Shown: positions 1 to 15,014 of the stretch, in pieces
Position numbering within the stretch: position 1 is the stretch's first letter
Layout: each line of letters opens with the position of its first letter
NCBI GenBank assembly: GCA_028023455.1
Contig: JAQFVV010000004.1
Location: 25,482,001-25,546,000 of the forward strand
Reading direction: 5' to 3'
Source: Epiperipatus broadwayi
Lineage: Eukaryota; Animalia; Onychophora
DNA: 64,000 nt
The notes under the pieces: generated by a model
Seen by the model: only the letters and a program-made list of their open reading frames with translations
The model's database searches: none
Told to the model about the DNA's origin: nothing
Translations under genes and position numbers: made by a program

Positions 1-256
1 CATAGCCGTGCTCCAAGCACTATTAAAGTTATGAGTGAAGAGAGAAACAAACGCAAATGTGAAATAATAAGGCATGGTTCATTACACAAAATGAATATGT
101 AATGAACCAAAAAACTAATAGCATCCAAATCAGCAAAAAATTAATGTTCTCAGCAGACTGACCATAAATATGACATGAAAACATCAAAAGTATACTTGGT
201 ACAATAAATATTAAATTTTATATTTAAACTCTGTATGAGTATTTTTTCACATTAAT
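1..256 (-). repeat. Copy of an unclassified dispersed repeat, truncated by the window edge
   Basis: The reverse complement aligns by eye over >200 bp with 23371-23600 (shared blocks include CAGAGTTTAAATATAAAATTT, AGTCTGCT(G/A)AGAACATTAATTTTTTG and ATATTCATTTTGTGTA). Confidence 0.8.
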
Positions 257-2319
257 ATTTAGAATGGCAGAATATAGAAATATAATTATATATATATTAG
301 TGATAAATTATAAAATATATTTTATATCTGCATATATAAAATAAACCTATTTATTTTTAAAAAAGCAAATCATTTTAATGTTTACATATAATAAAGATTA
401 AAATTTGATTTAGATTCAACATTAAAATTTAATTTAGATTCAAAAATTTATATGTAGTGCAAACTAAAAAAATATTTCTTAAATGAAATACCACCATATA
501 CATGTTTATATAAATTCCAATAATTTAGCCAATAAAAAGTTGAAAATATTTATAATCAAAAATTTTAGAAAAAATTAAATTATGCTAATTAATCTGGAAA
601 ATCATTTAGTAGTCTGCAGATTATGAAGAAACATTATATTTCTATAAAAATCATTACTTTGTATTGAAATAGAACTTTTAAAAGAATAAGCTGTTTTCAG
701 GAGTATCCAACAAATAAGAAAAATATAGATGATAATTTAAAATACTTGGAAATCATGAATTCTCGTATGAAAAATTTGAGAACTGAAAGAGATTCATTGT
801 TCTAAAATAATCTGGAGATCTCATCTATTATTTTTATAAATTACATCAAATTAGTATTAAAAGAAAAATGAATAAATAAATACTCAGAATAAGCATATAT
901 CTCACTGGAAGATTAAATAAAACAAAAAAATTAAAAATGCCTTCAACTTCCACAATTTTAGTTTGAGTGCAAAAATTTTAAAATTTTTTCTAATTTTTAA
1001 ATTGCAATGTATAGTAGATTTTCCAAATAACAAAATGTTCAAAGAATTTGTTGAGCTGATAATTTGCCATTTTTCATTGTCTACATAGTTTTACTTTATG
1101 ACTTACAATTGATGAAATTGGATTTAAAAAATCCAATGGGTAATCTCTTTCATCTATTAATTATACTTTTCAGGTTATATATATTCTTTATACTTCTTTT
1201 TCCTCTATATATTTTTTTTCTAGTTACCTTGCTTTTTTAAAAAAAATTTTTTTTATTAATGTTAGGCCACAGCAACATAAGAAAATATTGATAACAGACA
1301 ATTGAAGTTGTATCAATATCAAAACATTTTAAATTGAAAAAAATAAAACAATCATAAATAATTCCTGATTACCAAGTTAAAAAGATTATAAATAAAATAA
1401 CAATTGTATCATGCTATAATATTGGAAAGTAGATTTTTTTCTGTAGAAAGACACTTTTTATATTCTTGAAACAAAAATGAAGATATATTTTAGTATTTCT
1501 GGCTTGTAAAATACAGCCAGATCAAATAATATGGATAATTAGCTGCTGACATCACTAAGTGGGAAGAAAGTCTATATACTGACAGAAGAAAATAATCTTT
1601 AGAATGTCAAAAGTGTGAAATACCATCACAAAAACTTTTATGTGATGATGATGAATTTAGAAATTATCTACAAATTTAACTATTAAGAATATATATAAAA
1701 GTCAGGAAAATACAAAAAAAATTACCAAATTGAAAAAGCCATTATTGCTAACAGATTTTTTTTTTAAATATTAAAATTTTGGCTAATTTTATTATTAAAC
1801 AAATAATTTTCTGCAATATACATGTAAAACCACTAATTTACTAATGTTCACATATTTTATTGAATTAATTTTATAAAGTATACTAATTTTTGATGATTGT
1901 AAATCTTATCAATAGAAAAATGTAAAAATCCAGAATTCAATTCTTTTTCTAAATGTAATGCAATATGGGTTGTTCATCACTGCAATTTAATTTAACAATA
2001 CAAAACATGAGAAACTAAAATATTTATAATAAATTCTTTTGAAAATATTGTTATTATTATTGTAAAAAGTGTAAGGAATGGAAATAAGTCACTGTTATCT
2101 ATTGTAAATTTATTCTAAAATGCATGTATTACTTTTTAATATCAAATTTTATGTTTTATAATAAAAAAATTCAGATTTACAGATGAAATCAATATTAATT
2201 ATAGTATTAGTGTTAAATATATTTAAGAGTTCTAAAAGTAAATCCAAATAGTATTTAGAATAAAATTATGTGAATCTTCATTTTTATTGGCATTTTATAA
2301 TTAAAATTGTATTTTTGAT

Positions 2320-2409
2320 GTGGAAAAGCTAAAGATTGGAGAAGATGGATTAAACTTGGAGAGCTCTTCATCCTGCAGTGGATTGATAATGGTTGATGAT
2401 GATGATGAT
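2320..2409 (+). mobile_element. 5'-truncated RTE-clade LINE 3' end with (GAT)n tail
   Basis: Translates as KAKDWRRWIKLGELFILQWIDNG-stop (TGA at 2394-2396), followed directly by (GAT)n. This is the typical RTE ORF C-terminus plus simple-repeat tail; related ends occur at 14415-14460, ~56355-56410 and ~62640-62710. Confidence 0.8.
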
Positions 2410-5149
2410 CTCCTTTTCCATAGTTATTTTTAAATTTATGTATTAATATTTTTTCAACATATTTAATAGAACTTTTTCATACAGTTTACAAGTATTTCAT
2501 TGATATCTATGCATATATTTAATTTTATTGTTTATAAAGTTGTTTATTATTTTATTTTTTAATTGTGATAATAAATAATTAAATATTGTTATTATTTTTA
2601 TTTCAAAGTAAAATATTCATTTATGTAAATAGATATGATAAAACTTAATATGTTAAAATAAAATTATCTTGTTTAAACATTGTTTATGCAAATTTATATA
2701 TCCTGTCTGTTAATTTATATACATTATAATGTCAAATAGCATTATTAACATGTAATATTTTTCAAATAAAGTATTTTACAATAAAATAAAATTTTCATAT
2801 TTTACTATTTCTAGCAAATAATTATATGTAAATTTATTAGTGTTAAATATTATTGATGATATAGGATGTTGGAATCATAAAATCAATAATCACCTACATA
2901 AAATAAAATGGTAAGATTGACACCAATAAAAAAATGTACTATACACTAATCAGTCATTATTTAATTATAAATAATTAATAAAAATAAATAGAAAATTATT
3001 GTATTTTGTAATACAGTCTGTAGAAAGTGTTGTAATATACTGAAAACTAAGATTTTCATTATAAGCATAAACAATTTAAACAGCAAAAAAAATATGCAAA
3101 TTTTATTCAATTAAAAATAAATCTTATACACTAACAAGTATATTAAGAATAAATTTAAAAATATGATCATTATATAAAATATTATTTAATTAATTTTTAT
3201 TTAACAACCTCAAGAAATAGACTCCAAAGCAAAAATCTCTGACATCAATAAACATATACATTATTAATAAAAATTAAAAGGTTTATTTGTATTTAAACAT
3301 AAATTTTGATTATACACAGTAAAAAATAATTTGAACAATGCATATATTAACTAAATTATGACTGAATTAGCTAATTTTTATTACAACCTTTTAATAATAC
3401 AATCATTTATTTATATAAATGCTTTTCTTCATAAATGTAAACATTATCAGCATAAAAATGTTTTAGTCATATACAATATTAAAACTACAGCTAATAAGCA
3501 GTAAATTTATTAATCTCATTCTTATTTAATTAGGTTGCATTTTTAAAAGACATAATAGAAGACTAATATCTGAAATGTCACAATGCACCAAAAACAATTC
3601 AAAATTTACTCATTAAATAATTATAAAAATAAATCTTATTAACAAAACAAAGTACATCAAAATGTATAAAATATGTACATTATTTAAAATACAATTTATT
3701 TAACTAATTTTTATTTAATATTCTTGTAGCAATAAAATTCTTATTTCCTCAAAGTACAAATGCCTATCATCAAAAATATAAACAATAAATGAAAAATCTA
3801 TATTTTATTTATTACTTAATTTAAAAAATAAATTTTCATCATACATAGTAATAAAAAGTACCAAAAAATACATTAAAATGTTCAAATGAGCTAAAATGTA
3901 ATTTTGCTTCTCTTTCTCTTACATTTATTTAAATTGTTTCAAAGACAGAATCATTGTTCACCCAATTACTTATTACATAAGTGTAAACAATATTGGAAAT
4001 ATATATATATTTAAAACTAAAGATAATCAATTATAGATTTCATTATTTAATCTTTTGTTCTTTAATTAGATTTCATTTTGCATATACAAAAAAAATATCA
4101 GTAAGGCAGACTCATCTGAAATATAATAGCACAGCAAAATTAAATTCAAAATTTTATTCATTAAGCAATTACAAAAAATGTAAAACAACATATCGATAAT
4201 ATAACATAAAGTGAGAAAAATAAATTTAAAAATATACATTTTGTTGGCTTAATTTTTTTTTTCTGCTGTATTTTTTTTTTCTATTGCATTGTTTTAATTT
4301 TAATGAATCATGATTTAACTAGGCCATGTTTCAAAATGGTGATGAAAATATTTAAAATCACCATTTTAAAAACGAAAGAAAACATAGCAACTATTTTATT
4401 AATAACATGCTTGATAAAAAATTATTTATTAATTATATTGTTGTTGTTTTTAATTTTAACTCTTTTATATATTGATTTTTTTTTTTTTGTAAATATGTTG
4501 TAGCAAGTTAAATTTTGCCATATGAAGCCATTATAATTGCTTTTTTTTATATAAGATTATTGATTTATAAGGAACTATAGATAATTATTTGTCAAGTTAT
4601 AGATCACATATTGTAAACTTGTATAATGAGTTAATACAGTATTGTAGTTTAATTTATTAATATTTCTTAATATTATTGAAGCAATTCAAGTATAGTTTGA
4701 GCTATCATTTCATAATTACTTTTTCACTAGATGATTTTCAAACTGTACTCATCTTATCATATTAATTTATAAATAAAATTTTAAAGTCAGCTAGAGAAAA
4801 TGAAAAAATTCTATTTCAAACTATAACTTTTTTCCATTTTATTTAATAATATTTAGAAATATTAGAATACTAAAGAGTTATGTATTACATCTTAGAATTG
4901 ATTTTGAAAGATCATTCATGCAGGGGTAAAAGAGCCTTTTTATAACAGTTGAATGTAGAAGAAAAGCCCCTTCAATAGCCCTTCAAAAAAAAAAGTGCGA
5001 GAAAAGTCAGTATTTACCAGATTTTAAATTTACAATGATGAAAGTTTTAAGTTTTTCATTTTTGTTTTATCCTCTAGCCAAGAGTAGATACATATTCATT
5101 TATTGATCAATATTGGATAAATTTGATATAGAGTGACTAGCTAAAAGAA

Positions 5150-6520
5150 AGCCCTATGTATGCTAAAAATGTTTCAAATTGATTTGAACTGATTTTGAAA
5201 CTATATTATGGTCATCACAGACCAATACATTAACTCTACACTACAGAGCTTTTTCAATTCATGTGTATTACCAATGAAAATTCATTAATTATGATTTTCA
5301 AAAAATATTAGAGAATAGATATTATATTATTGTATCAATTTTTGATAGTTTAAAAAATATATACTTCACAAGTATTACATGATAACAAAAGAGCTTCATT
5401 CACCATCACCAAATTATAGGAATTATTTTTTGGTGAAACATCAGCTCAAATAATTACTAACAGTTTAAAACAATAATAAATTATTATTAAAAATTAAAAT
5501 ATACTAACATATTAAGTTTTTATAAGTGATAATGTCACAGGCACTTTATAGAAATAAGAATTTCATTTTATATTAAAAAGAGATTGACTGAAATTACTAT
5601 TGGAATTCTGTGCAAGTACAACTCTGTCACCAGCAAAACAAACTATTAAAAGTTTATATAATCAATAAAATTAAATTATATACATATATTGTTAAGATAT
5701 ATTTATAAATATTAAGAGGCAAGCTAAGCAGATTGTGTAAACATGTTTATGATATAAATGATTTAAAATGGACTATGAAAAAGTAAATGATAATTAATCA
5801 ATGAAACATTTAGACTTGATAATTTTTAGGAATAGTAGTTTCCAAAATTATGAAATGTTTATATAACCTACTTCTAAAATATTATTTGTATATAGTTCCA
5901 ACATTGACGTCTTTTTTTAAAATCATAACAAATAATTTACATAGATTTTAAGCAGATAAATTTGAAAGTTTAAAATTATATAATGGAGAAGGTAAAGAAT
6001 TTGATTCAAAATTATATTAAAAATTAATTGATGTATACAATCGTAAATTTAAAATAAAGTCTTACAAATATGGATATCCAATCCTTATCATACTTATAGT
6101 GATAATAATAACAAAATATCCCCCAAAAATTGTTCTATATAGGTTAATGAAATCCAAGAAACAATATTTGCAATTATTATAAAAACAATATATGAAATTA
6201 GTTATAATAAAGATTATGGACATTCTTATATTAGGAAATATCAGATGTTCATTGCAGAAAAAAAGATGGTGGTTATAATTTACTATATAATAGATTACAA
6301 TAAATTAACTAATGAGAAATCTTCCAGTTTTCTTTATTTTGAGACCATGAAATATTATATAAATTTTTTATAAGGATATTAATAAAATTTTTATACAAAA
6401 AGATTAAATATATACATATACTGCAAAAGCTATTTTTATTGAATCAAGCTACAAATAATAAATGACTAGATCTTTGATTTAAAAGTGTATCAGGCCTAAA
6501 TATTACATGACCAGTTCATA
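5150..6520 (+). mobile_element. Highly degenerate Ty3/Gypsy gag-pol relic
   Basis: RT motifs KKDGG (~6259-6273) and IDYNKL (~6290-6307, frameshifted), like KKDGxxRxCIDYRxLN. FDLKVYQ (6473-6493) resembles LDLxSAYHQ. A weak zinc-knuckle remnant (KCFK...GH) lies near 5170-5215. Many stops and frameshifts. Confidence 0.6.
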
Positions 6521-6622
6521 CTATTAATGATTTTAATCATTTTATAAGCTGTACAATGTACAACTGAAATTTCTACAAAATGATATTCAATGACTTAACC
6601 TTTTTGTCATTGCTATACATAT

Positions 6623-7695
6623 TGTAACCAGTTGGCTTACATAGCATACACTAATATAGAGTGTGTGCATAAATATATGCATAAAATAAAGGAAAAGCAG
6701 AAATAAACATAAAATATTTTTTGTAGATATTTTTCTATATTTCCTAAAATAAAATAATAAGTAAAGGGTTAAATAACTCTGGGTTTAAAGTAAAATTTCA
6801 TTGTGAAATAAGTATTTTAAAAAGTTTGATAAATAATATTTGTAATTCTGATTTTGAAATTAACAAAAAAAAAAGCAAGCATAATTTATTTTTTAAAATC
6901 TTATAATTAATACTTGTATAAAATATCTTTTTTAATTAATGCTTGTTTGCATTTCTACTATGTAGTTAAAAGTCTTTGTAGATTAAAAATTCTAAAGGAT
7001 TATCACACCTTTGGTCAAATTCCTAAGATTAAAGTAAAAACATGTAAATCACACTTTGATAGAAATTTTTAGCTTGTTTTCAAATAGATTAAAGTTAATT
7101 GAAAACAACCACTGTATTTTTGTCATATGACCTACCCAAGGTTATAAAAGACTGATAAAAAAATATCAGTTAAGTTTTGCTTGCAGTTTTGTAAGAGTTG
7201 GCAGAAGAGCTAGCTGTAATAAAGTTGGCTAAAATATTTTGTGAAGAGTTGGTAACTATAGCAAAAAATGGCCACAGTAAAGCTAGCTGCATAGCTAGAA
7301 TAATTATCAAGAGAACTGCCACTAGGATGTAGGAAGGCAAAATAGTAGACTGTTTTCCTTAGCAGGAGTTTGAATTCACATGGAGAAAATGACCCACTTC
7401 TTTGTGCTGAAATTCATAGTCTTAAACATGGAGGACAGTTGCTTGCCTGAAATCAATTAAACCAAGACAGCTGCTTGCCTGGAACAGTTCTACACAGATG
7501 GGAGACCAACTACGGATCAACACCACATCTGAATTATATACTTTTATCTGATGATGACAAGCCTGAAACTATATTTTTCTGCTGGACCAAAAACCAAGCT
7601 TACCAAGAGAAAGCTTGAAGAAATTGGTGTACTTAATGCTGCTGTTTATCTATACATACAGAAACCACAGATAAACATGTCTCGTGTATATACAG
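6623..7695 (+). repeat. Putative LTR following the Gypsy relic
   Basis: Starts TGTAAC and ends TATACA (TGTA...TACA termini), has a GC-richer 3' half (7141-7695), and lies just downstream of the RT relic. No partner LTR is seen in the window. Confidence 0.35.
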
Positions 7696-10600
7696 TGAGT
7701 TATTTTATTTTAATATTTCTTTAAATGACTTTTAAAATTATAAATTAATAACTTAAAGTTAACACAAATGAGGAACTTTTGCTTGAGTTGAAATATAACA
7801 GCAGTTATATATAATAATGAAATTTTAAATAATTTCTTTGGTCTGAAGTGACAGATATATAAAATGATTTTATTTTTCATTTATTAAGAATGATAATTAA
7901 TCAACAAGTACCTGACAAACAAAAGTTGACTTTATTTAGTTTGATAAAAAAAAGAACTTATAAACTGAAATTAAATTTTAAATTATATAATTTGTTTATA
8001 CACGTATATGTGAGAAATTTACGTTTTCCAAACGGAATCAATTAGAAAAATATAACTATTATTGTAACAAATTAAAATATGTAACTTTTTGTCAGTGTGT
8101 GAATACATGCACACACATATATGTAAATTTTTAAACAGTTATAGTATGTTTTTATGTATATAATTGTAATATAAGTCAATTTTACTGCATATTTATGTGT
8201 GCACATATATGTCAATGCTTCTCAAATAAGACATGTATGGAAATTTTAATCATTTTTTGTTATTCAATGTTAATTATATATTATAAATCATGTGTCTGTG
8301 TGCATATATATGTAAACTGTAGTAATAACTTGGATTGTAAATTGTAATTTTGTAAATCAATGTAACAATTTAGATTTTGAATAGTAATTACATAAATCAA
8401 TGTAATAATTTGAATTTTGTAGTAATCTTGTAAATTACAGTGTGATGACTTTATTATTGTGTATCTTTCAAAATCAGAACCCTTATAAGACCTTAATCAT
8501 TTATTTTTTTGTTATTAATAAACTTATTTAATTATTAAAAACTGTTTCCATCATCTCTTGGTCACATACAGTAATAGAGCTTGTGTTCTCCGAGCTAGAT
8601 TCGAGCATGGGATGAATATATAAATGGGGATGTGTATTTAGTGCTTTGGGGCATCCAGAGATGATCAATCATCATCCTGGTTGGTGCAAAAGAGGATACT
8701 CTTTAAAGCCCATGCACTATATTTTATTTTAGTTTAGTCTTGTTAAAAAAATTTAAGTTTATAATTGGCCAGTACAAGTGATTTGAGCATTGATGATGAT
8801 CAGCATGTTTTAATGTCCCAGCATTATTGTTTTGATTTCTGATTATTGTGTATTCTAATGGATGGGCACTAAGCTGGTGCATCCAAATTATGTTTATATA
8901 ATTGCCCAAGCTGGCATAGGCTCAATAGTTAGCCTGGTCTAAAGAAGATCCATTTCCAATTCAGTCACAAGGTTGACTGATGATTTTATTATATTTTATT
9001 CCGGATCATTCATGATGAATGGTATTTTACTTATACTGATACTTACTTATTATAATGTTGGTTGAATTTATAATTATGCTTTTAGTTGCTCTTTGAGTTA
9101 GCTGGCTGATCACTCAATGATCTCTCTCAATGATTTCACACAGATTCTCTAATCTCATACTCTTATATCTTTAAATATTTACTTATAGATAATTTTGTAC
9201 ATTATTGATTTTCCATCCTCAGTTCAAATGTTTACTTCCTTCCATTTCCGATACCCCCATCTCATTACAATATATATAATAAGAAACATGAATCTGAGTT
9301 TGCAGGTATGTATGGGTGTGTGGGGAGTGTAAATATATATATTTACAACAATTACTAAATTATTATGCCTACAAGTCTAGATGCTAAAATATGATGTGAT
9401 AGATTAAAATAATGAACCTTAAACATGGGATGGTTTCAATATATACTTTTGTAATTATTAATTGTATAATTAATAATTTTAAAAATGATAATCAAGAAAT
9501 ATTTTTTAGGGTATCATTTTCCTCTATAAAAGTATTTTCATTTATACTGTGGTCACACTCAGTGAAGATAAATGAGATAATATCTTAGGGACATAATAAA
9601 TAACTCAAATATAAGGAGCAAAAAAAAGGAACTCAAAATTTAATAAATCAATAAATTTAATGAATGAGATGATAATAGGCATATAATAGTTTTCTATTTA
9701 AATGATAAATATAAAATTATATATTAAAAATTATTAATTAAAATTTTTAGAATATTAAATGTACGTCTGTCTTTCAAATATTCTTATCAGAAAGCTTAAT
9801 TATGATTTACAGTAGCAATGATATAAGCAAAAGATAAAGTTTTAAGAGGAATAGCAATTTATACATATAGTTTTTTTTAGACATTCTTAGTAATGCTTAA
9901 ATATCAAATTAATGTTATAATAGCCAAGTCTAAACTGTCTTTCAAAAATATGCTGAAAGGGAATAAAAGACAAAGATGATTATCAGCATTGAAGTAAGCA
10001 GATTCCATCAACAAATACTATAATGAATGGATATGAATAGCTTGAGAAAGCAAATAGTTAATAGGCACTTTGGGAGAAATACTATCTAAATAATTATCTG
10101 GAATTGGTATCAAAAAGAGTTGATAATAATAGTAATTATTACTGCGTTTTCTATATATAGATGCAATATCATGGTAAACGTTAGATTTAGTTATTGTATT
10201 ATCAATTTGAGATTTAATACTATTGAGAAAATATGTTATTCACTACGTGTTATAATGAAAAACATGCACACACATATGTATATGTAGAGTAAAGAAACAT
10301 ATATATAAACTTTGGAAAGTCGTAAAAATTATTGTTCAGAAACCAGTTGTATGTTTATTTTTCATTTAATAAATTTGAAAATAAATTTCTAATGCTCCGA
10401 TTTAATTACAAAAAAAGATGCTTTTAGACAAAACATTCACTCAAGCAAAAAGTGATTCAAGTGAAGTAAAAAAAAAATCAAAGGAATGCTAGAAGTCTAT
10501 TAGAACTCAAAGCAGTGGTCTTATTTTCACAAATTATCTGAATAATTTTGATATGAAAGTTGTTTTATAAATCATTACTAATAAAATTTATGAACCTCAG

Positions 10601-13186
10601 GACTAATGAAAAATACTAAAACAATTATTTCAAAAATACACACACACACACAAAACCAATTTTAAATGATTAAAAGCAGATGAAAATGAACACAATTATT
10701 CTTTATGAAAAACAAAAAAAAATTCTAAAATTATCTTCTAACAAATCTGGACAATAGTTAATTTTCAGAATCTTTTTTATAAAAATAATAATACATTATA
10801 AAGTAAGTATTGATTTATTAAATAAAGTGAAGCTTGATTTTAAAGTAACCTTTTAATATTCCATTGTTAAATGGGGTTTGCTTTGAATATATAAAAATAG
10901 ATTTACAATACTAAATGTAAAATAAAGCAATTAGTTTATTTCTAATTATGACATGTATTTATCATATATGCTCTGAGCAAAAAATAGGATAACTAAATGG
11001 AAATTAATAACATCAGTTGTTTGCTTGACATTTTGCCAACTCTTTATTATAATTTATTCTAAAATATAAATATTTACATTCGTATCTGTGAAATTTATTG
11101 ATAAACTTTTTACAACATCAAAGTGTAAAATATTTAAGTTAAAATATAATAGAATTTTTTTTTTCCAATGATTTTAATTGCAATTAGATTAGACTTTTTA
11201 AAATCCACAATTCTATCTTAATATACTTGTTCTAAGATGTAAAATGTTTGTCATTTTTATAAATTCTTACCAAATCAGATAATTAGTTGTTGCTGGTATT
11301 ACAATCATCAAAATAAAAGATTAAGCTGATCCAAGAGCAAAATTTCCTTTTTACATTATTATATCTTTCTTTTTCATTGCTTGGGCAATGCTGGTAATGA
11401 TATTAATCCATTTTTGTGATTGACACTTTGATGTTATTTTAGTGTCATTCTTATCATTAAATGCATATCTAGTGCTATTATGAATAAAGTTTTTATGTGA
11501 TATCACCAAGATTCCTTATGATATATATGTAGCATCATGGATTTTAAAATATTCAGTTGGATTTACATACTGATTTCTTTTAAACATCTCAAAATATATA
11601 TATAACATTATTAGATCTATGATTATCTTATAAACACACTTTTTGTATAATCATATTATTTTATATGCCTGTACATCTATTTTTTTTTTAATTTATTATT
11701 TTTTATTTCACAGGTATTACAAATGATGAAAAGGAGACTTAGTGAAGAATATAAAGAAAATGGATTAAGGAATATAGAATAAAATGTGAGAAGAAACTTA
11801 ATAAAAGGCAAATCATCTAACAAGCATTTATCAATATTGTTATTAACCAAAATACATTAATACTGTGTAACAAAATGTCAGAGAAAAGTATGACGAATAT
11901 TGCTATGGAGATAGAAAATACTCACGATCTGATCACTAATATAACACCTATTTTGTCCTCTTTGCATAATGATTATGATATACAGAATAATATAAAGTTA
12001 TCAAATAAACAATCTTTAGTATATAATTTTCAACAAATGACATATTCTTAGATATAATTTTAAATAAATATTACCTTGTTTAGAATGTGTTATTGATTAG
12101 GTTAATAATAATTGACTTTATTGGTATAATTTACTAATATAAAGTCAAAGATTTTATTGCTGCACCAATAGTAAAAACATGTCATAAATGCTGAATGATA
12201 TATTTATTTTAAATACAATTGTTTAGTTATTTTTATAACATAAAATAAAAAACAAATGACAACTACTACTTTTGCAAGAATTAATTATATTTTCTAAGAT
12301 TGAAATTTTCAATCAACCTAATGATAGAACTAATAGATGGAAGTAGATCAATTGGGAGATAAAATACAGCAGCGCTGCCATATCCAGTTTCAACATGAAT
12401 TCCTTAACTCATATGTTACCTTTCCAAATAATAATCAAATAAACAATAAAAGTACTAACATTTGTAAATTAATTAGAAAGATGGAAAAGGAAGCTGCCAT
12501 TTTGTTTATTAAGAAATATTTTTTCTAAGTTTCATGCTAGTAAAAACTCACATAAACTTGTTTGATCATTTATTATTTTGCAATATAAAAAAAGCAATGC
12601 CTGCATTTTTTTTTAAATTGAAATTTCCTTTGAAATGATTTTAAAGTAGAAAGTTAGTGATCATAGCAATTCTATTAAGCTTATGAGAATTCATAATGTG
12701 TTTTCTGTAAACAATAAATTACTAACTTAATTATAAAAAAAATCATATTGTTAAGACATCTGTTTTAAAAATTATCCATTCAAGATATAACGAAAAACAT
12801 TAAGTAAGTAACTTCTAACCAGTTCCATAATCTACTTGCTCATCTAATTTAAGGATTTTGTAACTGCACTAGAGTAGGAGTTAAATCTCCTGGAATCATT
12901 ATGTCATAGCAGTATAATTTCTGATTAAACTTATAAAGAATTGGATCTCCTAGTAGCTTGTAATTTCTTTTTTTTCTCCATTTGTTTTGCTTCATTTATA
13001 TTTGTACAAGGATTACAAAACTGAGATTCATGACATTCTCTCATTTCTAATAAACCACAATGTCACCAGGAAAATGTAAAATGAAACATGTCATGGAATG
13101 CATTTGTTTGGTAGCATTTTTTAGTTAATTAAATCACAACTTCTCTAACATGGTTATCACAATTAGCGATCTGTCTTTTTAATTGT

Positions 13187-13288
13187 ATTTTTTTTTCATG
13201 TGTCATAGCATCAGCCAGGAAGTGAACCTGCTAACCCGGAACAACTGCTTGTAAAGCAGATGTCGCTGACCTCTCAACCAAAATGTCC
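13187..13288 (-). mobile_element. tRNA-Val(UAC)-derived short SINE, copy 1
   Basis: Minus strand reads TGGTTGAGAGGTCAGCGACATCTGCTTTACAAGCAGTTGTTCCGGGTTAGCAGGTTCACTTCCTGGCTGATGCTATGACACATG followed by an A-run. It has an A-box-like TGGTTGAGAGG, a Val(UAC)-like anticodon arm CTGC-TTTACAA-GCAG and a B-box-like GGTTCACTTCC, and is closely similar to 41001-41106. Confidence 0.8.
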
Positions 13289-14414
13289 TATGTTATTTTT
13301 TTGAGACAGTGTCATTTATTGAACATTCATATACAAACACTAGTATATACATATGTAAATATGTATAATATTTTCATTATTCAACATTTTTCTAAAATAT
13401 TTTTGTTAATAATCTTAATTTTTTAAAGTGAATTGTATCATTATTACATGTACTTTTATGTGATAAAAGCATCCATTTATCATGTATGTATAAATATATT
13501 AAAAATACTTTATATGCACAGGACAATATACTATACAATATTGTAACTAAAATATGATTTGCTGATTTAGGAATTTGGTAGGAATTTTAGAATAAAATAT
13601 AGTAAAAGGCAGATATAATGGAACATGCTATTTTATGATCAAGAACAAAAAATAAATAACAATACTGTAAAAAAAAATAATAACAATAAATTTTTATTGG
13701 TGATATTAAAAGCTGTTCTATGGAATTTATTGTTTATACAAGTATCCATGACAATGCATAAACACGAAAATAAAAATGTAAAGATAATGTATTTAAAAAA
13801 AATGGAAAAATAATTTTATAAATAAATAGTGATCTAATAAGAATGGAAGTTTTTGTTAAGTTAGAAATAAAGAACAATACTGCAGAACATTATAATTTAG
13901 ATTGTAGAAGAGGTAAAACATTTAATGGTTTTTCTAAGAAAAATAATAAATATGAAGTTTAAACGTTAAGAACTTGTAATTAGAATAATCAATAAAGTAG
14001 AATAGATTCATTTAGATTATATATTAGTTCAAAGAAAATGTATTGTATGCATGCTGAAACTAATTTACAATTACATTTTAAGATTTGAGCTATTAATAAA
14101 TTAAAAATGGATATTAGATAAAGATTTTCAAAGTTGAATAAAATCAAGTCTAATTTCATAAAGTCAAGCAATAACTTATTTATTTGCTACAGGTTTTGTT
14201 TTAGACAGCTAAGCAATAGCAGGGTAGAAGTTAATGTCAATTAAGATTTAAAAAAAATTTTTTAAAGATGGGTAAAAATTAAATAGTTTATTATAATTAA
14301 GAGTAAACACAAAAAAGTCTTGACTCTTAGTTCATACTCTAGTATTTGAATATCATCGTTTTACTGATTAATAAAATGACAGAAAAAGAGGATATAAACA
14401 TATAATTATTAGAT

Positions 14415-14785
14415 ATCATCATTATAATTTTCAACCATTATCAATACACTGCAGAATGAAGTCTGATTCTTAGCTTCACTTTTCAACATCAGCTGTCTTA
14501 TTCATTTATCTCAGATGTGGTCTTTTTCTAGATGTTTACAATCTATTGGGATCCAATTAAAAATTTCAATTATATATCTATAATGATCTCTTCTAAAAAT
14601 GTACTCCAAATCTATTTCAGTTTCTTAATTCTTATTACAATATCAGTGATATCTGTTTTGTTTTCAGTCTTTTTTTGTTACTCCCAATATAAATCTTTCC
14701 AAATTTTGTTGAGCAATCTAAAGTTTCTTATGTTGCTCTTGTTAAAAGTGTTCAAGTCTCAAACCCATAAGTAAGAAATGGTAAA
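14415..14785 (-). mobile_element. RTE-clade LINE 3' fragment
   Basis: Minus strand gives PFLTYGFET (LLYGxETW motif) at its 5' side and ends CTTCATTCTGCAGTGTATTGATAATGGTTGA...GATGAT, nearly identical to the RTE end at 2365-2409. Confidence 0.75.
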
Positions 14786-15014
14786 ATATATTTATTACAA
14801 ATCTTAATTTTCACCAAAGGAGCTTATTTTTATTTAATATTGTTATTTCTACCAAAAGCATTCCATTCAAATTTAATTCTATGATTAACTTCATTTATAA
14901 TGTTTCTATTGGTATTAATAAACTGACCAAGATATTTATAATTTATAGTTATAAAAGTTAGTTGAACATTATTTTATTTTTTTAACTTTTATCTTTAGTT
15001 CTAATCTTTAATAA

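Noticed and set aside
701-805. Exon-like frame EYPTNKKNIDDNLKYLEIMNSRMKNLRTERDSLF* after TTTTCAG
   Set aside because: No recognisable homology, and the surrounding sequence looks like a decayed ORF with stops. Cannot be supported without RNA data.
1107-1153. Minus-strand 47-bp exon candidate ERDYPLDFLNPISSI with GTAAGT donor
   Set aside because: Weak acceptor and no recognisable protein; compatible with chance.
7548-7575. Hammerhead-like CTGATGA...GAAAC
   Set aside because: Stem II does not pair and no stem I can be formed. It could be a relic, but this is unsupported.
7580-7701. Exon-like frame (PKTKLTKRKLEEIGVL...MSRVYT) ending at GTGAGT
   Set aside because: No convincing acceptor or homology; it coincides with the end of the putative LTR.
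11714-11782. Strong acceptor followed by VLQMMKRRLSEEYKENGLRNIE*
   Set aside because: It continues into further stop- and frameshift-broken frames, more like a decayed TE or pseudogene. No family could be assigned.
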